DNA from: Thermoplasmata archaeon
GTDB lineage: Archaea; Thermoplasmatota; Thermoplasmata; Halarchaeoplasmatales; Halarchaeoplasmataceae
Assembly: GCA_003553085.1 (NCBI GenBank)
Contig: PUPH01000066.1
Coordinates: forward strand, 568-64,567
Reading direction: 5' to 3'
Length of the DNA stretch: 64,000 nt
Each line of letters starts with the position of its first letter. The first letter of the stretch is position 1. Below the pieces are notes generated by a model that had not been told where the DNA came from, did not search any database, and saw nothing but the letters and a program-made list of their open reading frames with translations. The position numbers and the translations under genes are program-made. This document shows positions 26,613-35,509 of this stretch, in pieces.

Positions 26613-26708
26613 TAAAAGATATGTGTTCAGTATAGAATACATGTGACTGTGTACATAGCTTAGATATACCTAAACGGATACTTGCTCAAGATTCTATATG
26701 ATGATCGA

Positions 26709-27533
26709 TCATACGGATAGCTTGATATCGAACCTTGCCCGGGTCACCGATAAATTAGATACACTATTTAATTCGATGTTGAGTTGATTACCATCTATTT
26801 CTAAATCCCCAACATCAGTATTCTCTTCGAACCATCTCTGCCATGCAGCAGGATAGGCGGTCTCTAAACTGATGGTGACGTTTTCTGGGTTGGTAAAGTC
26901 TCTTTCCGTGGTACTGAAGAGTTCCGTAGTGATACCCACAACACCACTACCTCCTGCAGATATCCTCTGAGAGTTGCTGATATCGATCATGGTCAATGAG
27001 ACAGAATACTCTCCTCCGTCCTCCTCGATCCTTATGTGGGGTGGTGCACGGACAACGGCTCCTTGCGGTTGCTCCAGAATTATCGCACCGTGCTCATAAA
27101 CAACTGTCTGCTCCTCAAAGTACCTGTTCTGTACATTCAAAGATATGTTACCCTGACCCTGGAAGGTCCTCGGCTGCCCATCCTCGGTCAATTCTAGAGT
27201 CATCTCGCCCCATCTTGGGGTGACCCTCATCGCCCCCTGTGTTGCACTGGCGAACATCGGTACGCCTTCAGCACCGAGACGAGCTGTGGAGAACATCGGG
27301 TAATCCATCCTATTGTTCATGATCAATGTGTCTATATTACCCTTCATTGAAGAGAACTGAGTCATCACTTCTTCCATGTGATATGCCTCGTTATCTTCCA
27401 TCCATACGGGTACGTACTGCTGAGTGATCAGAGATAGTAAACTAAGGAATACCAGTAAGGCCATTATGGTCCCCACGGTGGTGGCGACACCCTCGTCGGA
27501 ATCCCTCAAAGCTCTTTTAGATAATCGTTTCAT
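26709..27533 (-). CDS. Class-III-signal-peptide (archaeal type IV pilin-like) protein, 274 aa
   Basis: N-terminus MKRLSKRALRDSDEGVATTVGTIMALLVFLSLLSLITQQYV: a charged stretch, Gly, then a long hydrophobic helix, as in archaeal prepilins. It is the last gene of the secretion-ATPase operon, with a 4-nt overlap. Confidence 0.55.
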   Translation of the reverse strand: MKRLSKRALRDSDEGVATTVGTIMALLVFLSLLSLITQQYVPVWMEDNEAYHMEEVMTQFSSMKGNIDTLIMNNRMDYPMFSTARLGAEGVPMFASATQGAMRVTPRWGEMTLELTEDGQPRTFQGQGNISLNVQNRYFEEQTVVYEHGAIILEQPQGAVVRAPPHIRIEEDGGEYSVSLTMIDISNSQRISAGGSGVVGITTELFSTTERDFTNPENVTISLETAYPAAWQRWFEENTDVGDLEIDGNQLNIELNSVSNLSVTRARFDIKLSV

Positions 27534-29170
27534 CTTCTACCCTCCTCCTCTAGGTACTCACGTACCATCTCCATAACAGAGGCTTTGTCCCTGTAATAAG
27601 AAGAAGTTATATGTGCGAAGTCGCGATAGTTGGTGATACCTTTATTGTCCATGTACTCGAGCACCATCTTGCGTCTTTTCACTTCTTTCTCCATCTCACG
27701 TGAAGTCCAGCTCTTCTGTTGAGCCACCCTGCTGTAAACGTAGCTGTGACCGCTGTAATTGAACGAATCATCGGCAGGATTCCATGTGTAAGCTTTGTTC
27801 GTTATCAACTCATTGGTATCGGGATCTACGCCCACAACTTCTGTGATGGCCTTTATCCTTCTGACCATCTTTGTACCGACCTTAACCTTACCTTGCAGCA
27901 GTACGATGTCCAAGGCACCAACGAGAGCTCTTGGTAGGTTGATAGGATCGTTTTCCATCCTATTCACCATGGTCTGAACGTCATCGGCGTGGAAGGTTGT
28001 GTAAGCACTCTTACCCGTGGCCATGGCCTGGAAAACAACGTAGGCTTCGGCACCTCTTACCTCCCCCACCATGAGATACTGTGGACGCTGACGGAGTGCA
28101 GCCTGAAGCAGTTCGAACATGTCTATCTCCCCGGCCTTTTTACCGGATTCATCAGTCTCTCCGAAACCGCTCCGGGTCAGTAGTGGTACCCAATTATCGT
28201 GGGGTAGATTCAACTCTCGTGTATCCTCTATACTCACGATCTTCATCTGTGGTGGTATGAACAGCAGTAGAGCGTTCAGTGTTGTGGTCTTACCAGAAGC
28301 AGTACCTCCACATATCAGCATGGACTGACCGGTCTCTATGGCGATCCACGCATAGGCCATCATCTCTGGGTTGAACGTCTTGAAATGGATCAGATTTATG
28401 GGTGTATAAGGCTCTTCCTCAAAACGCCTTATGGTGAACGATGAACCCTTTTGTGTAACGTGAGTTCCCAGGGTTTCTTGAAGCCTGGATCCGTCGGGCA
28501 TGGTTGCATCGAGCATTGGGTCTGCCACAGAGATGTGTTTACCACTACGTTGGGCTATCCATATAACGAAGTTGTCGAGTTCGGCTTCATCCTCAAACAC
28601 CACATTAGATTTCATGGAACCGTACTTTCTGTGGAAAACGAATATCGGTATCCCCACACCATCGCACGAGATATCCTCCGGATTCACGTCGTTCATGATC
28701 ACGTGTATAGGTCCAAAACCGAGGAAATCCCTTTTGATGTAATAGTGAATCCGTTTTTCAGATACAGGTCGCAGTCTTATATCTAAGTCTTTAAAGATCT
28801 CCCGCACCTTATCGGCCAGATATTTCTGTCTTTCCTCTTTCTCTTCGATCTCAACGAGTTCAAGATCATCGATGAGCCTATCCTTTACCGTTTCGAGCAG
28901 TGCTTCCTCATCCTCATCCAACTCGGGTTCGATGACCTCGTAAATGTATTCGTTGGTCTTGTTGTCGTACAGTATCCTTACATAAGAATAGGGTTCCTCT
29001 ACACTGGTAGTCTCTATCTCCTTGACACTCTCCTCTCTGATCTTGGGTATGGGTGTGATCTCGTTGGATTTGGATCCGTCTTTCTGAGATGGCATGTAGA
29101 TCTTCTTGGGCTTGCCGTTCACCGTTATGTCCTTAAACTTATCCTTGATTTTATCTCCTATCGCTGCCAT
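27530..29170 (-). CDS. Type II/IV secretion-family ATPase (FlaI/PilB/TadA-like), copy 2
   Basis: YSYVRILYDNKTNEYIYEVIEPEL N-domain, Walker A CGGTASGKTTTLNA, Asp box SIEDTRELNL, Walker B/His box YLMVGEVRGAEA..TGKSAYTTFHADD. Confidence 0.85.
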   Translation of the reverse strand: MAAIGDKIKDKFKDITVNGKPKKIYMPSQKDGSKSNEITPIPKIREESVKEIETTSVEEPYSYVRILYDNKTNEYIYEVIEPELDEDEEALLETVKDRLIDDLELVEIEEKEERQKYLADKVREIFKDLDIRLRPVSEKRIHYYIKRDFLGFGPIHVIMNDVNPEDISCDGVGIPIFVFHRKYGSMKSNVVFEDEAELDNFVIWIAQRSGKHISVADPMLDATMPDGSRLQETLGTHVTQKGSSFTIRRFEEEPYTPINLIHFKTFNPEMMAYAWIAIETGQSMLICGGTASGKTTTLNALLLFIPPQMKIVSIEDTRELNLPHDNWVPLLTRSGFGETDESGKKAGEIDMFELLQAALRQRPQYLMVGEVRGAEAYVVFQAMATGKSAYTTFHADDVQTMVNRMENDPINLPRALVGALDIVLLQGKVKVGTKMVRRIKAITEVVGVDPDTNELITNKAYTWNPADDSFNYSGHSYVYSRVAQQKSWTSREMEKEVKRRKMVLEYMDNKGITNYRDFAHITSSYYRDKASVMEMVREYLEEEGRR

Positions 29171-29176
29171 GTTTTT

Positions 29177-30100
29177 TCACCCCATCAATTCTAATCCTCC
29201 GAACAGTATCCGCAGCGCAACAAACCCCATCAATGTCAGGATGAAGCTGTGCTGCATACCGCTAGCTATCTTTCCATTTTGCAGTACCCCCGCTACTATA
29301 CCGTCTCCGACCCCGTGGGCGAACACTGCGAGTACGAATATGAATTCGATAACAGGTATGGCTTCTACGTCTATCTGAGCAGCATCCGCTCCGCCGGTAT
29401 CGACATCTACATCGCCCGGATCCATGGCTTCTCCCGCTTCTTCCATCTGTGCGAGGAACTGTGTGCTCAAGATGATTATAACCACGATGAAGACAGCGAA
29501 CGATATATAGATGACCGCAAGATAAGATGTCATTGCGATCTTTTGTTCGTCCTCAGAAAGATGTATCTGTTTAGTATCTTGGGACACCATGCTCAGTACG
29601 TCAGCAACGTTACCGCCGGCATCATTTGCCTTTATTATTATCGCAACGACCCTGTTGACAAGCGGTGTATCCACACGGCCTGCAAAGAGGGTAAGAGCTT
29701 CAGATGCCGGGACTCCCCAGTATATCTGAGCGGCCATCTTCTTTATCTCAGGGGTCAAACGACCGTACCTTCCAGAAGCTGATACAACGATTGCGTCTGC
29801 AAGTGTCATACCGAACCTACCGGCTTCGGCCACGTCACGGAGGAAATCGGGGAGGCGTCTTTCGATCTTCTCGATCTCACTCTGTTTATAATTTATGTAA
29901 AAGCCTGCTGGGCCGAAGAAACCCAACGCTGCTATCATAGCCCAATCTATGGGATCTAACGGAATGGGAGCTGCATCCAGTATGTTCAGCACCATTATGA
30001 ACGCCGCCACTGCAGCTATGACTGAAGAAACTATCAGTACTTCTTTTGTTTTGCCGACCTTCAGCATCTTTTCAAATTGACTTTCTTGTTCCTGCGGCAT
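29177..30100 (-). CDS. Single-domain T2SS-F/TadC/FlaJ-like platform membrane protein (307 aa)
   Basis: LPDFLRDVAEAGRFGMTLADAIVV..LTLFAGRVDTPLVNRVVAIIIKANDAGGNVADVL followed by TM helices. One T2SSF repeat only. Confidence 0.75.
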   Translation of the reverse strand: MPQEQESQFEKMLKVGKTKEVLIVSSVIAAVAAFIMVLNILDAAPIPLDPIDWAMIAALGFFGPAGFYINYKQSEIEKIERRLPDFLRDVAEAGRFGMTLADAIVVSASGRYGRLTPEIKKMAAQIYWGVPASEALTLFAGRVDTPLVNRVVAIIIKANDAGGNVADVLSMVSQDTKQIHLSEDEQKIAMTSYLAVIYISFAVFIVVIIILSTQFLAQMEEAGEAMDPGDVDVDTGGADAAQIDVEAIPVIEFIFVLAVFAHGVGDGIVAGVLQNGKIASGMQHSFILTLMGFVALRILFGGLELMG

Positions 30101-30107
30101 TTTATCA

Positions 30108-31133
30108 CTAATCCTGGTTTATCAACCAAATTATAAATATGAATCCAACCTGGGCGCCCGGTATCATGATACCAACTACGCCATATAAAAGGGGTATGGG
30201 GTCGCCGGCACCCATGCCCGCCATTATGGCCATTATGGCCATGATAACTACTAAGAAGAGGGGAAAAGCAACTACGACAGTGACGAATGACTCCGCCATC
30301 ATGCCGAGGGTCTCCATCTTCTGCTGTACCACCAATTTACGACTGTCTTGGTATTCTTTCAATTTTGATGTGAAGTAAGGTTTTAACTTACCACCTGAAC
30401 TGGAGGTTGTGATCACACCTTGTATAAAATCTCTGAATGCCTCTGAAGGAGTCCTGTCTGCAGCCCTCTGCAGAGCGTTCAGTATATCTATACCCAGCAG
30501 CTCGGTATCCCGGGTGATCCATTCCGCCTCCTCCCTAACCTCACCATACAGAGGTTGTTTTGATAACTCTTTGAATATCAGATCCACGTTCACGTCGGCT
30601 GAAGACATGGCAGCGATGAAACTCATCGCATCAGGTAATTTCTTATCGATCTTCTTACCCCTAGAACTAGCAGTCATACCTGGTGCTGCTTTCAAACCGA
30701 AATAAGTGGCGATAGGTGTTACAACTGCCACTAGCATACCTGATCCATACAGCAACCAACCCATCCCTAACATGGCATCGAGTACAGGCCCAATGAATAT
30801 GGCGGCGACGACACCGAAGACAGCCGCTATCAAGGTACTCATCCACACGTAGGCAAGATATTCCTCAGATCTGATCTTCATGTGCGCTGCCAGCAGGTCT
30901 TTTTCCAGATTCTCATCCCTAATACCCTTCTGTTTGACTATTGGTCCCATTAACCGCCAACACAGTTGCTTGTAAGGTGATAAATTCAGATATTCTGGTA
31001 CAGCGGATTTCGGTAATCGAACGATATGTGGACCATAGGTCTCAAGTCTATCGCTGGGTTTCGCACGTTTTGTGGATAAGAATTTGTCCTTTTTAAAACG
31101 CAATTTTTCGAAGCTATCTTGTATCTCCACCAT
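30108..31133 (-). CDS. Single-domain T2SS-F/TadB/FlaJ-like platform membrane protein (341 aa)
   Basis: LPDAMSFIAAMSSADVNVDLIFKEL..RDFIQGVITTSSSGGKLKPYF..METLGMMAESFVTVVVAFPLFLVVI. One T2SSF repeat plus flanking TM helices. Its start abuts the stop of the upstream ATPase. Confidence 0.75.
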   Translation of the reverse strand: MVEIQDSFEKLRFKKDKFLSTKRAKPSDRLETYGPHIVRLPKSAVPEYLNLSPYKQLCWRLMGPIVKQKGIRDENLEKDLLAAHMKIRSEEYLAYVWMSTLIAAVFGVVAAIFIGPVLDAMLGMGWLLYGSGMLVAVVTPIATYFGLKAAPGMTASSRGKKIDKKLPDAMSFIAAMSSADVNVDLIFKELSKQPLYGEVREEAEWITRDTELLGIDILNALQRAADRTPSEAFRDFIQGVITTSSSGGKLKPYFTSKLKEYQDSRKLVVQQKMETLGMMAESFVTVVVAFPLFLVVIMAIMAIMAGMGAGDPIPLLYGVVGIMIPGAQVGFIFIIWLINQD

Positions 31134-32837
31134 CTAGATCTCACCCCTTATCCTTGCCAACGTCTCTTCCGGTTCTTTGTAATACGATGTGACTATCTTT
31201 GAGATCTCCTTATAATCGATGTCCCCCTGTTCCAGTAGATACTCCACGATCTCAACACGGTTGTTGAATTCGTTGTTCATTTCCTCCTGAGTCATATTTT
31301 TCATTTCGTTTATGATATCTTGATTATAACTGTGTCCTTTGTAAATGAAGCTATCGGATTTTCGATCCCAATCGAATACGGTGTTAGTCACGAGTTCGTC
31401 GCTTTCAGGCTCAAAACCGACGAGTTCTGTTATCTCCTGGATACGTCGTACCTCTTCATCGTCCACCCGGGCAAAGGTTTGTATTATCACGAATGACAGA
31501 GCCGTGAGCAGAACTCGAGGACAGTTGATGGGAGGGTTCTCCAATCTGTGCACCATGGATTCCACGGAATCGGCGTGCATGGTGCTGTACGTCGTATGGC
31601 CTGTAGCCATAGCCTGGAACATGGTATTGGCCTCCTTGCCTCGGACCTCACCAACGATTATGTAATCGGGCCTCTGCCTCAGAGCGTTCCTTACAAGATC
31701 GTACATGGTCACTTCTCCCGCTGCTTTACCCGTTGAACTCTTCTTCTCTCCGCTACCGGTCCGGGTAGTGCTGGGTATCCAGTTTTCGTGGGGAAGATTG
31801 ATCTCTCTGGTATCTTCCAGCGAAACTATCTTTTGACCTGGAGGTATGAATAGTGTAGCGGCATTCAAAGTTGCGGTTTTACCACAAGCTGTGCCTCCGG
31901 CGATTATCATGGACATACCGTTTTCCACCATGAGCCACATATATGCGATCATCTCGGGTGAAGCGGTGTTATACTGTATCAGCTTCACCGGGGTGAACGG
32001 TTCTTTTTTGAAACGTCTGATGGTGATGGACGAACCTCGTGTAGACACCTCGGTCGCATACGTTGCCTGAACACGGTGACCCTCCCGGGTAGTGCCGTCC
32101 AATATGGGGTTGGATACGGATACCTGTTTTCCACATCTTTGGCCAAGTTGGATTATGAACGAATTGAGTATTTTTTCGTCTTCGAATCTAACGTCGGTCT
32201 TTATGGACTCGTATTTAGCATGATATATGAACAAAGGTATGTCGACACCATCGCAAGAGATATCTTCCACCATATCGTCGCTCATGATCACATCGACATG
32301 ACCGTATCTTACGTAATCTCTCAAAATATAATATATCAGCCGCTTCCTTGATTTTTTCTCTATGTTAAGGCCCCGGCTTCTGATGTAACTCTCCACACAC
32401 TCTTCGATGTACTCCTCCTTGTCTTTACGTGCCATGTGTTCCCAATCATAAGAAAGGGTACGATCGAGTGTGTCTTTTATGAGTTCTAGCCACTCTTCCT
32501 CTTTAGATGTCAAGGTGGGTTCTATGGCCTGATATATGTACTCCTTTGATTCGTCGTTATAGATCACCCTCGCATAACTGAACGGAGGGCGTATCTCATA
32601 TATGTCTTCCACCCTTATCGATTCGCTATCTATCTCTGGAAGCTGGGTATATTCAGAGATCCATCCACCTTCCCCTGCCCGTACCCTATCTCTGTTCTCT
32701 ATGTCACTCTTGGAGAGCATCACCCGTCGAGGTTTTTTTGAAAATCTCAAAGGAGATTTGATCATATTTGTAATATTTGTAAGAGCATTACCTTTTTTAT
32801 CCGGAGTGGATTTGCCTGTTTCGGCCATATAAATCAC
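31134..32837 (-). CDS. Type II/IV secretion-family ATPase (FlaI/PilB/TadA-like), copy 1
   Basis: FSYARVIYNDESKEYIYQAIEPTL, Walker A AGGTACGKTATLNA, SLEDTREINL, YIIVGEVRGKEA..TGHTTYSTMHADS. A paralogue of the 27530..29170 product. Confidence 0.85.
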   Translation of the reverse strand: MIYMAETGKSTPDKKGNALTNITNMIKSPLRFSKKPRRVMLSKSDIENRDRVRAGEGGWISEYTQLPEIDSESIRVEDIYEIRPPFSYARVIYNDESKEYIYQAIEPTLTSKEEEWLELIKDTLDRTLSYDWEHMARKDKEEYIEECVESYIRSRGLNIEKKSRKRLIYYILRDYVRYGHVDVIMSDDMVEDISCDGVDIPLFIYHAKYESIKTDVRFEDEKILNSFIIQLGQRCGKQVSVSNPILDGTTREGHRVQATYATEVSTRGSSITIRRFKKEPFTPVKLIQYNTASPEMIAYMWLMVENGMSMIIAGGTACGKTATLNAATLFIPPGQKIVSLEDTREINLPHENWIPSTTRTGSGEKKSSTGKAAGEVTMYDLVRNALRQRPDYIIVGEVRGKEANTMFQAMATGHTTYSTMHADSVESMVHRLENPPINCPRVLLTALSFVIIQTFARVDDEEVRRIQEITELVGFEPESDELVTNTVFDWDRKSDSFIYKGHSYNQDIINEMKNMTQEEMNNEFNNRVEIVEYLLEQGDIDYKEISKIVTSYYKEPEETLARIRGEI

Positions 32838-32939
32838 TTGTTTGTATACATTTACTGACGATGTTCTAGCATAACTTGCAGAGATTTACTCATCCGACTG
32901 CCTTTTGATGATGTATCAAATGCTATTTATAAGTGTTGG

Positions 32940-33500
32940 TTATTTTCCCTTTATCCAAGGCGCTATTATCTTTTCACTGTCTGCAGGCCCCCTTGCATAG
33001 AGTATATCTCCGCCGCTTATCGTTGTACCTTCGTCGGGGCCGTAGATCCAATCGTATCCTCTTCTGATAGCGATCACCCATACTCCGGTTTCGGTAGCCA
33101 GTTTTATTTCTCCGAGTGTTTTTCCATGAAGAAGGGAACCGTTCTCGACGACATGCTTCTGGATGACCACGTCTGAATCCTCTAGACTTTTCTTCACCAC
33201 AGGATGGAGTTCGATATCCCGGAGTACGACATCTGCGATATCCAAAGCGGCATCAGCTATGCGCTCTATGGAATCGGAGATCTTTATCATGATCAAGCTG
33301 CGATCGAAATTTTTTGGTTCTTTACTCTTGCCCAGGGCGGAACGTATTATCGCTTCGTGCAGCCTATCCACACGATCTTCCAGTTCGATGACCTCTTTAG
33401 CAATCACTTTGTTTTGGTATATCAAGGATGAGTAAGCCAGGTCAAGCATGAGTTCGGAGGTGTTTTTCATCTCCAGCAGTCTTCTGTCGTCTTCGTTCAA
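32940..33500 (-). CDS. PhoU-like helical domain + TrkA-C (RCK_C) domain protein
   Basis: N-terminal helical PhoU-like repeat (ELMLDLAYSSLIYQNKVIAKEVIELEDRVDRLHEAI..ISDSIERIADAALDIADV). C-terminal RCK_C pattern (LHGKTLGEIKLATETGVWVIAIRRGYDWIYGPDEGTTISGGDILYARG). Confidence 0.65.
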   Translation of the reverse strand: MNEDDRRLLEMKNTSELMLDLAYSSLIYQNKVIAKEVIELEDRVDRLHEAIIRSALGKSKEPKNFDRSLIMIKISDSIERIADAALDIADVVLRDIELHPVVKKSLEDSDVVIQKHVVENGSLLHGKTLGEIKLATETGVWVIAIRRGYDWIYGPDEGTTISGGDILYARGPADSEKIIAPWIKGK

Positions 33501-34141
33501 TGTACCACCTCCGACCAGGGTATCTCGGCATGGGCCACCTCACGTACCTCCCTATAACCGGATTCCACACCTCGTACGATCATCAGGTCGTTGGGGAAAA
33601 GTTTTGTGTTGGCATCAGGTCCGAATATCCATCGGTTCTGCCTTCTCACGGCTATCAGTCTGACTCCGGTGTAAGACTCCATCATCAACTGGCCTATGGT
33701 TTTTCCAACCATGTCGGATCCGGGGTAGATAGCGATGGTATGTATCTTCTCATCGGCTTCGGATAAGATGTGAGGGAGTATGGCTCTCAGCTCTAGATCC
33801 ATATCCAGCAATTTGACCATGTCCTCGGCCGCATCAGATATCTTTTCGGTGGCCGAAGCTACCTGAAGGATACCGGTCATCTGTTCTGCTGCCTCCATGT
33901 TCCTGGCACCGAGCATACACTTCAATCGGATCTGGTACATCATCTTGTCCATCTCGGATTCGAGATGCCTGACTTCTTCAGCCAACTCGTCGTTTTCGAA
34001 CGCCGCCGCTGCGTAGGCTAAATCGGTTATCAGTTCCGTGGTATCCTTCATCAAAGTGAGGAGTTCCCTCACCGAAGTCTGTTCGTATGGGATCTCCCCA
34101 TGCTCTTCCTTAAGCTCCTTTTCCAATCTTGCTCTTCTCAA
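33497..34141 (-). CDS. PhoU-like helical domain + TrkA-C (RCK_C) domain protein (paralogue)
   Basis: Same layout as 32940..33500 (TELITDLAYAAAAFENDELAEEVRHLESEMDKM..; MVGKTIGQLMMESYTGVRLIAVRRQNRWIFGPDANTKLFPNDLMIVRG). 4-nt overlaps with both neighbours. Confidence 0.65.
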   Translation of the reverse strand: MRRARLEKELKEEHGEIPYEQTSVRELLTLMKDTTELITDLAYAAAAFENDELAEEVRHLESEMDKMMYQIRLKCMLGARNMEAAEQMTGILQVASATEKISDAAEDMVKLLDMDLELRAILPHILSEADEKIHTIAIYPGSDMVGKTIGQLMMESYTGVRLIAVRRQNRWIFGPDANTKLFPNDLMIVRGVESGYREVREVAHAEIPWSEVVH

Positions 34142-34689
34142 ATTATCACCAACCAGATCATGAACACCAATGCGACGATGCCTATGAAGTCGCAGGCGGT
34201 GGTCACGATGGGTATCACTACGTTGTCCGGGTCCATGTTCTTATTATATGAATATAAAGTAGTAAAGACAGTAATAAATGTGATGGATACGGTGGTTATC
34301 ACACCGGCCCCGAGGACTATCAATATCAGCTGAATGAATGTTAAACCCAAGGGTATAGCAAAGGAGGAGAGGGAAACTCCGATTGCTAGACCTCCAAAAA
34401 CCATCCCACCCATCAACAGGGTCATCAACAGGTTTTCCTTCACCTCTTCATCTAAATAATCCGCCTCGATGTAACCGGTATGTAATCCGGAGGATAATCG
34501 AGCGCCTAACACCGCACCAAGATTTCCTCCGACACCGTTCAAGATGGGTACCAAAAAAAGCAGGATGGGAAACAATATCAGTTGTTCTTCTATGGATTCT
34601 AACACATGCCCTCCTGCGATCCCGATAAAAGCCATCAATGCTAAGATCCCTGCGCTTTCTTTGAATATGTTCTTCCAATGGTATTTCAT
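34138..34689 (-). CDS. MgtE-type divalent-cation transporter, membrane domain only (183 aa)
   Basis: LVPILNGVGGNLGAVLGARLSSGLHTG and DPDNVVIPIVTTACDFIGI are the conserved MgtE TM-domain motifs. No N-terminal or CBS cytosolic domains. Confidence 0.7.
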   Translation of the reverse strand: MKYHWKNIFKESAGILALMAFIGIAGGHVLESIEEQLILFPILLFLVPILNGVGGNLGAVLGARLSSGLHTGYIEADYLDEEVKENLLMTLLMGGMVFGGLAIGVSLSSFAIPLGLTFIQLILIVLGAGVITTVSITFITVFTTLYSYNKNMDPDNVVIPIVTTACDFIGIVALVFMIWLVII

Positions 34690-35249
34690 AGGAATAAACC
34701 TCCAAAGAATGTTGCGAAACCGAACATTATGATCAAGGTTGCTATATCACCAACTGTCGTGAGTACGGGACCACTCACGTTGTCGGGATCTATATTGAAC
34801 TTTATCGAGAGCAATATGATCAGGAAAGTCACCAACAACAGTACTACAGCTGAGGTAACACCGGTCGAAACGGATATCAATGCAATGACACCAAGAACCC
34901 GCCAGGTGACTGAAAATGGTAAGAAAAAGCTTGTGATCAACAGGAAGATAGGAAATAGTAACGAAACAAAGAAACTCAACGACATCGTGCCTTTAAAGTT
35001 TTCAAGCGTGATGTCAGACGTCAGACCCTCCTCGAGAAGGCCAAGGTGCATAGCGGAACCTAGACGTGAACCGAGGGCTGAACATATATTCCCCCTCATG
35101 TCTATAATGGCGGGAACGATGATGATCAAACCCGGTATGAGTTCGAATATCTCAGTCATACTACCGAGAAAGTAACCTGCCAAGCTTCCGCCTAGAACAC
35201 AAAGAAACAAGACTGGAAGCGTCTCCACCAGCACCTTTCTACGGTCCAT
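34686..35249 (-). CDS. MgtE-type divalent-cation transporter, membrane domain only (187 aa, paralogue)
   Basis: IVPAIIDMRGNICSALGSRLGSAMHLG and DPDNVSGPVLTTVGDIATL. First gene of the four-gene minus-strand operon. Confidence 0.7.
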   Translation of the reverse strand: MDRRKVLVETLPVLFLCVLGGSLAGYFLGSMTEIFELIPGLIIIVPAIIDMRGNICSALGSRLGSAMHLGLLEEGLTSDITLENFKGTMSLSFFVSLLFPIFLLITSFFLPFSVTWRVLGVIALISVSTGVTSAVVLLLVTFLIILLSIKFNIDPDNVSGPVLTTVGDIATLIIMFGFATFFGGLFL

Positions 35250-35287
35250 GTATCTTTAGTGATATTTATTATAAAAAGGTTTTTGGG

Positions 35288-35509
35288 TCACTTCCATGAG
35301 AGCTGTCTGGCTTCCCGCTCCTCCTTTGTACTCTTTTTGTATTCCTTCCAGTGCTTTTTACACAGATACGCGTTGGGCCCGTCTGCATCGATGTCCAAAC
35401 CTGCTTTACTGGATGCCTTTCCAGCAGGTACAGACTGCTTCTTTTTCCCATCGCATCCCTTAACGTCGCACGTTTTCTTTCTCCTCTTGCTTTTTCGTTC
35501 GTGCTTCAT
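35288..35509 (-). CDS. Small (73 aa) lysine-rich protein with a C-x4-C..C-x2-H pattern (possible zinc-binding, nucleic-acid-binding)
   Basis: MKHERKSKRRKKTCDVKGCDGKKK..YLCKKHWKEYKKSTKEEREARQ. It is the only ORF in this spacer with a plausible composition. AT-rich TATA-like sequence lies upstream on the minus strand. No family recognised. Confidence 0.4.
   Translation of the reverse strand: MKHERKSKRRKKTCDVKGCDGKKKQSVPAGKASSKAGLDIDADGPNAYLCKKHWKEYKKSTKEEREARQLSWK

Noticed and set aside
26216-26615. ORFs of 60 aa and 107 aa inside the 750-bp gene-free interval
   Set aside because: They have no start context or family motif and are rich in Arg/Thr/Ser. The region is dominated by GC-rich hairpins, which an RNA explains better than a coding sequence.
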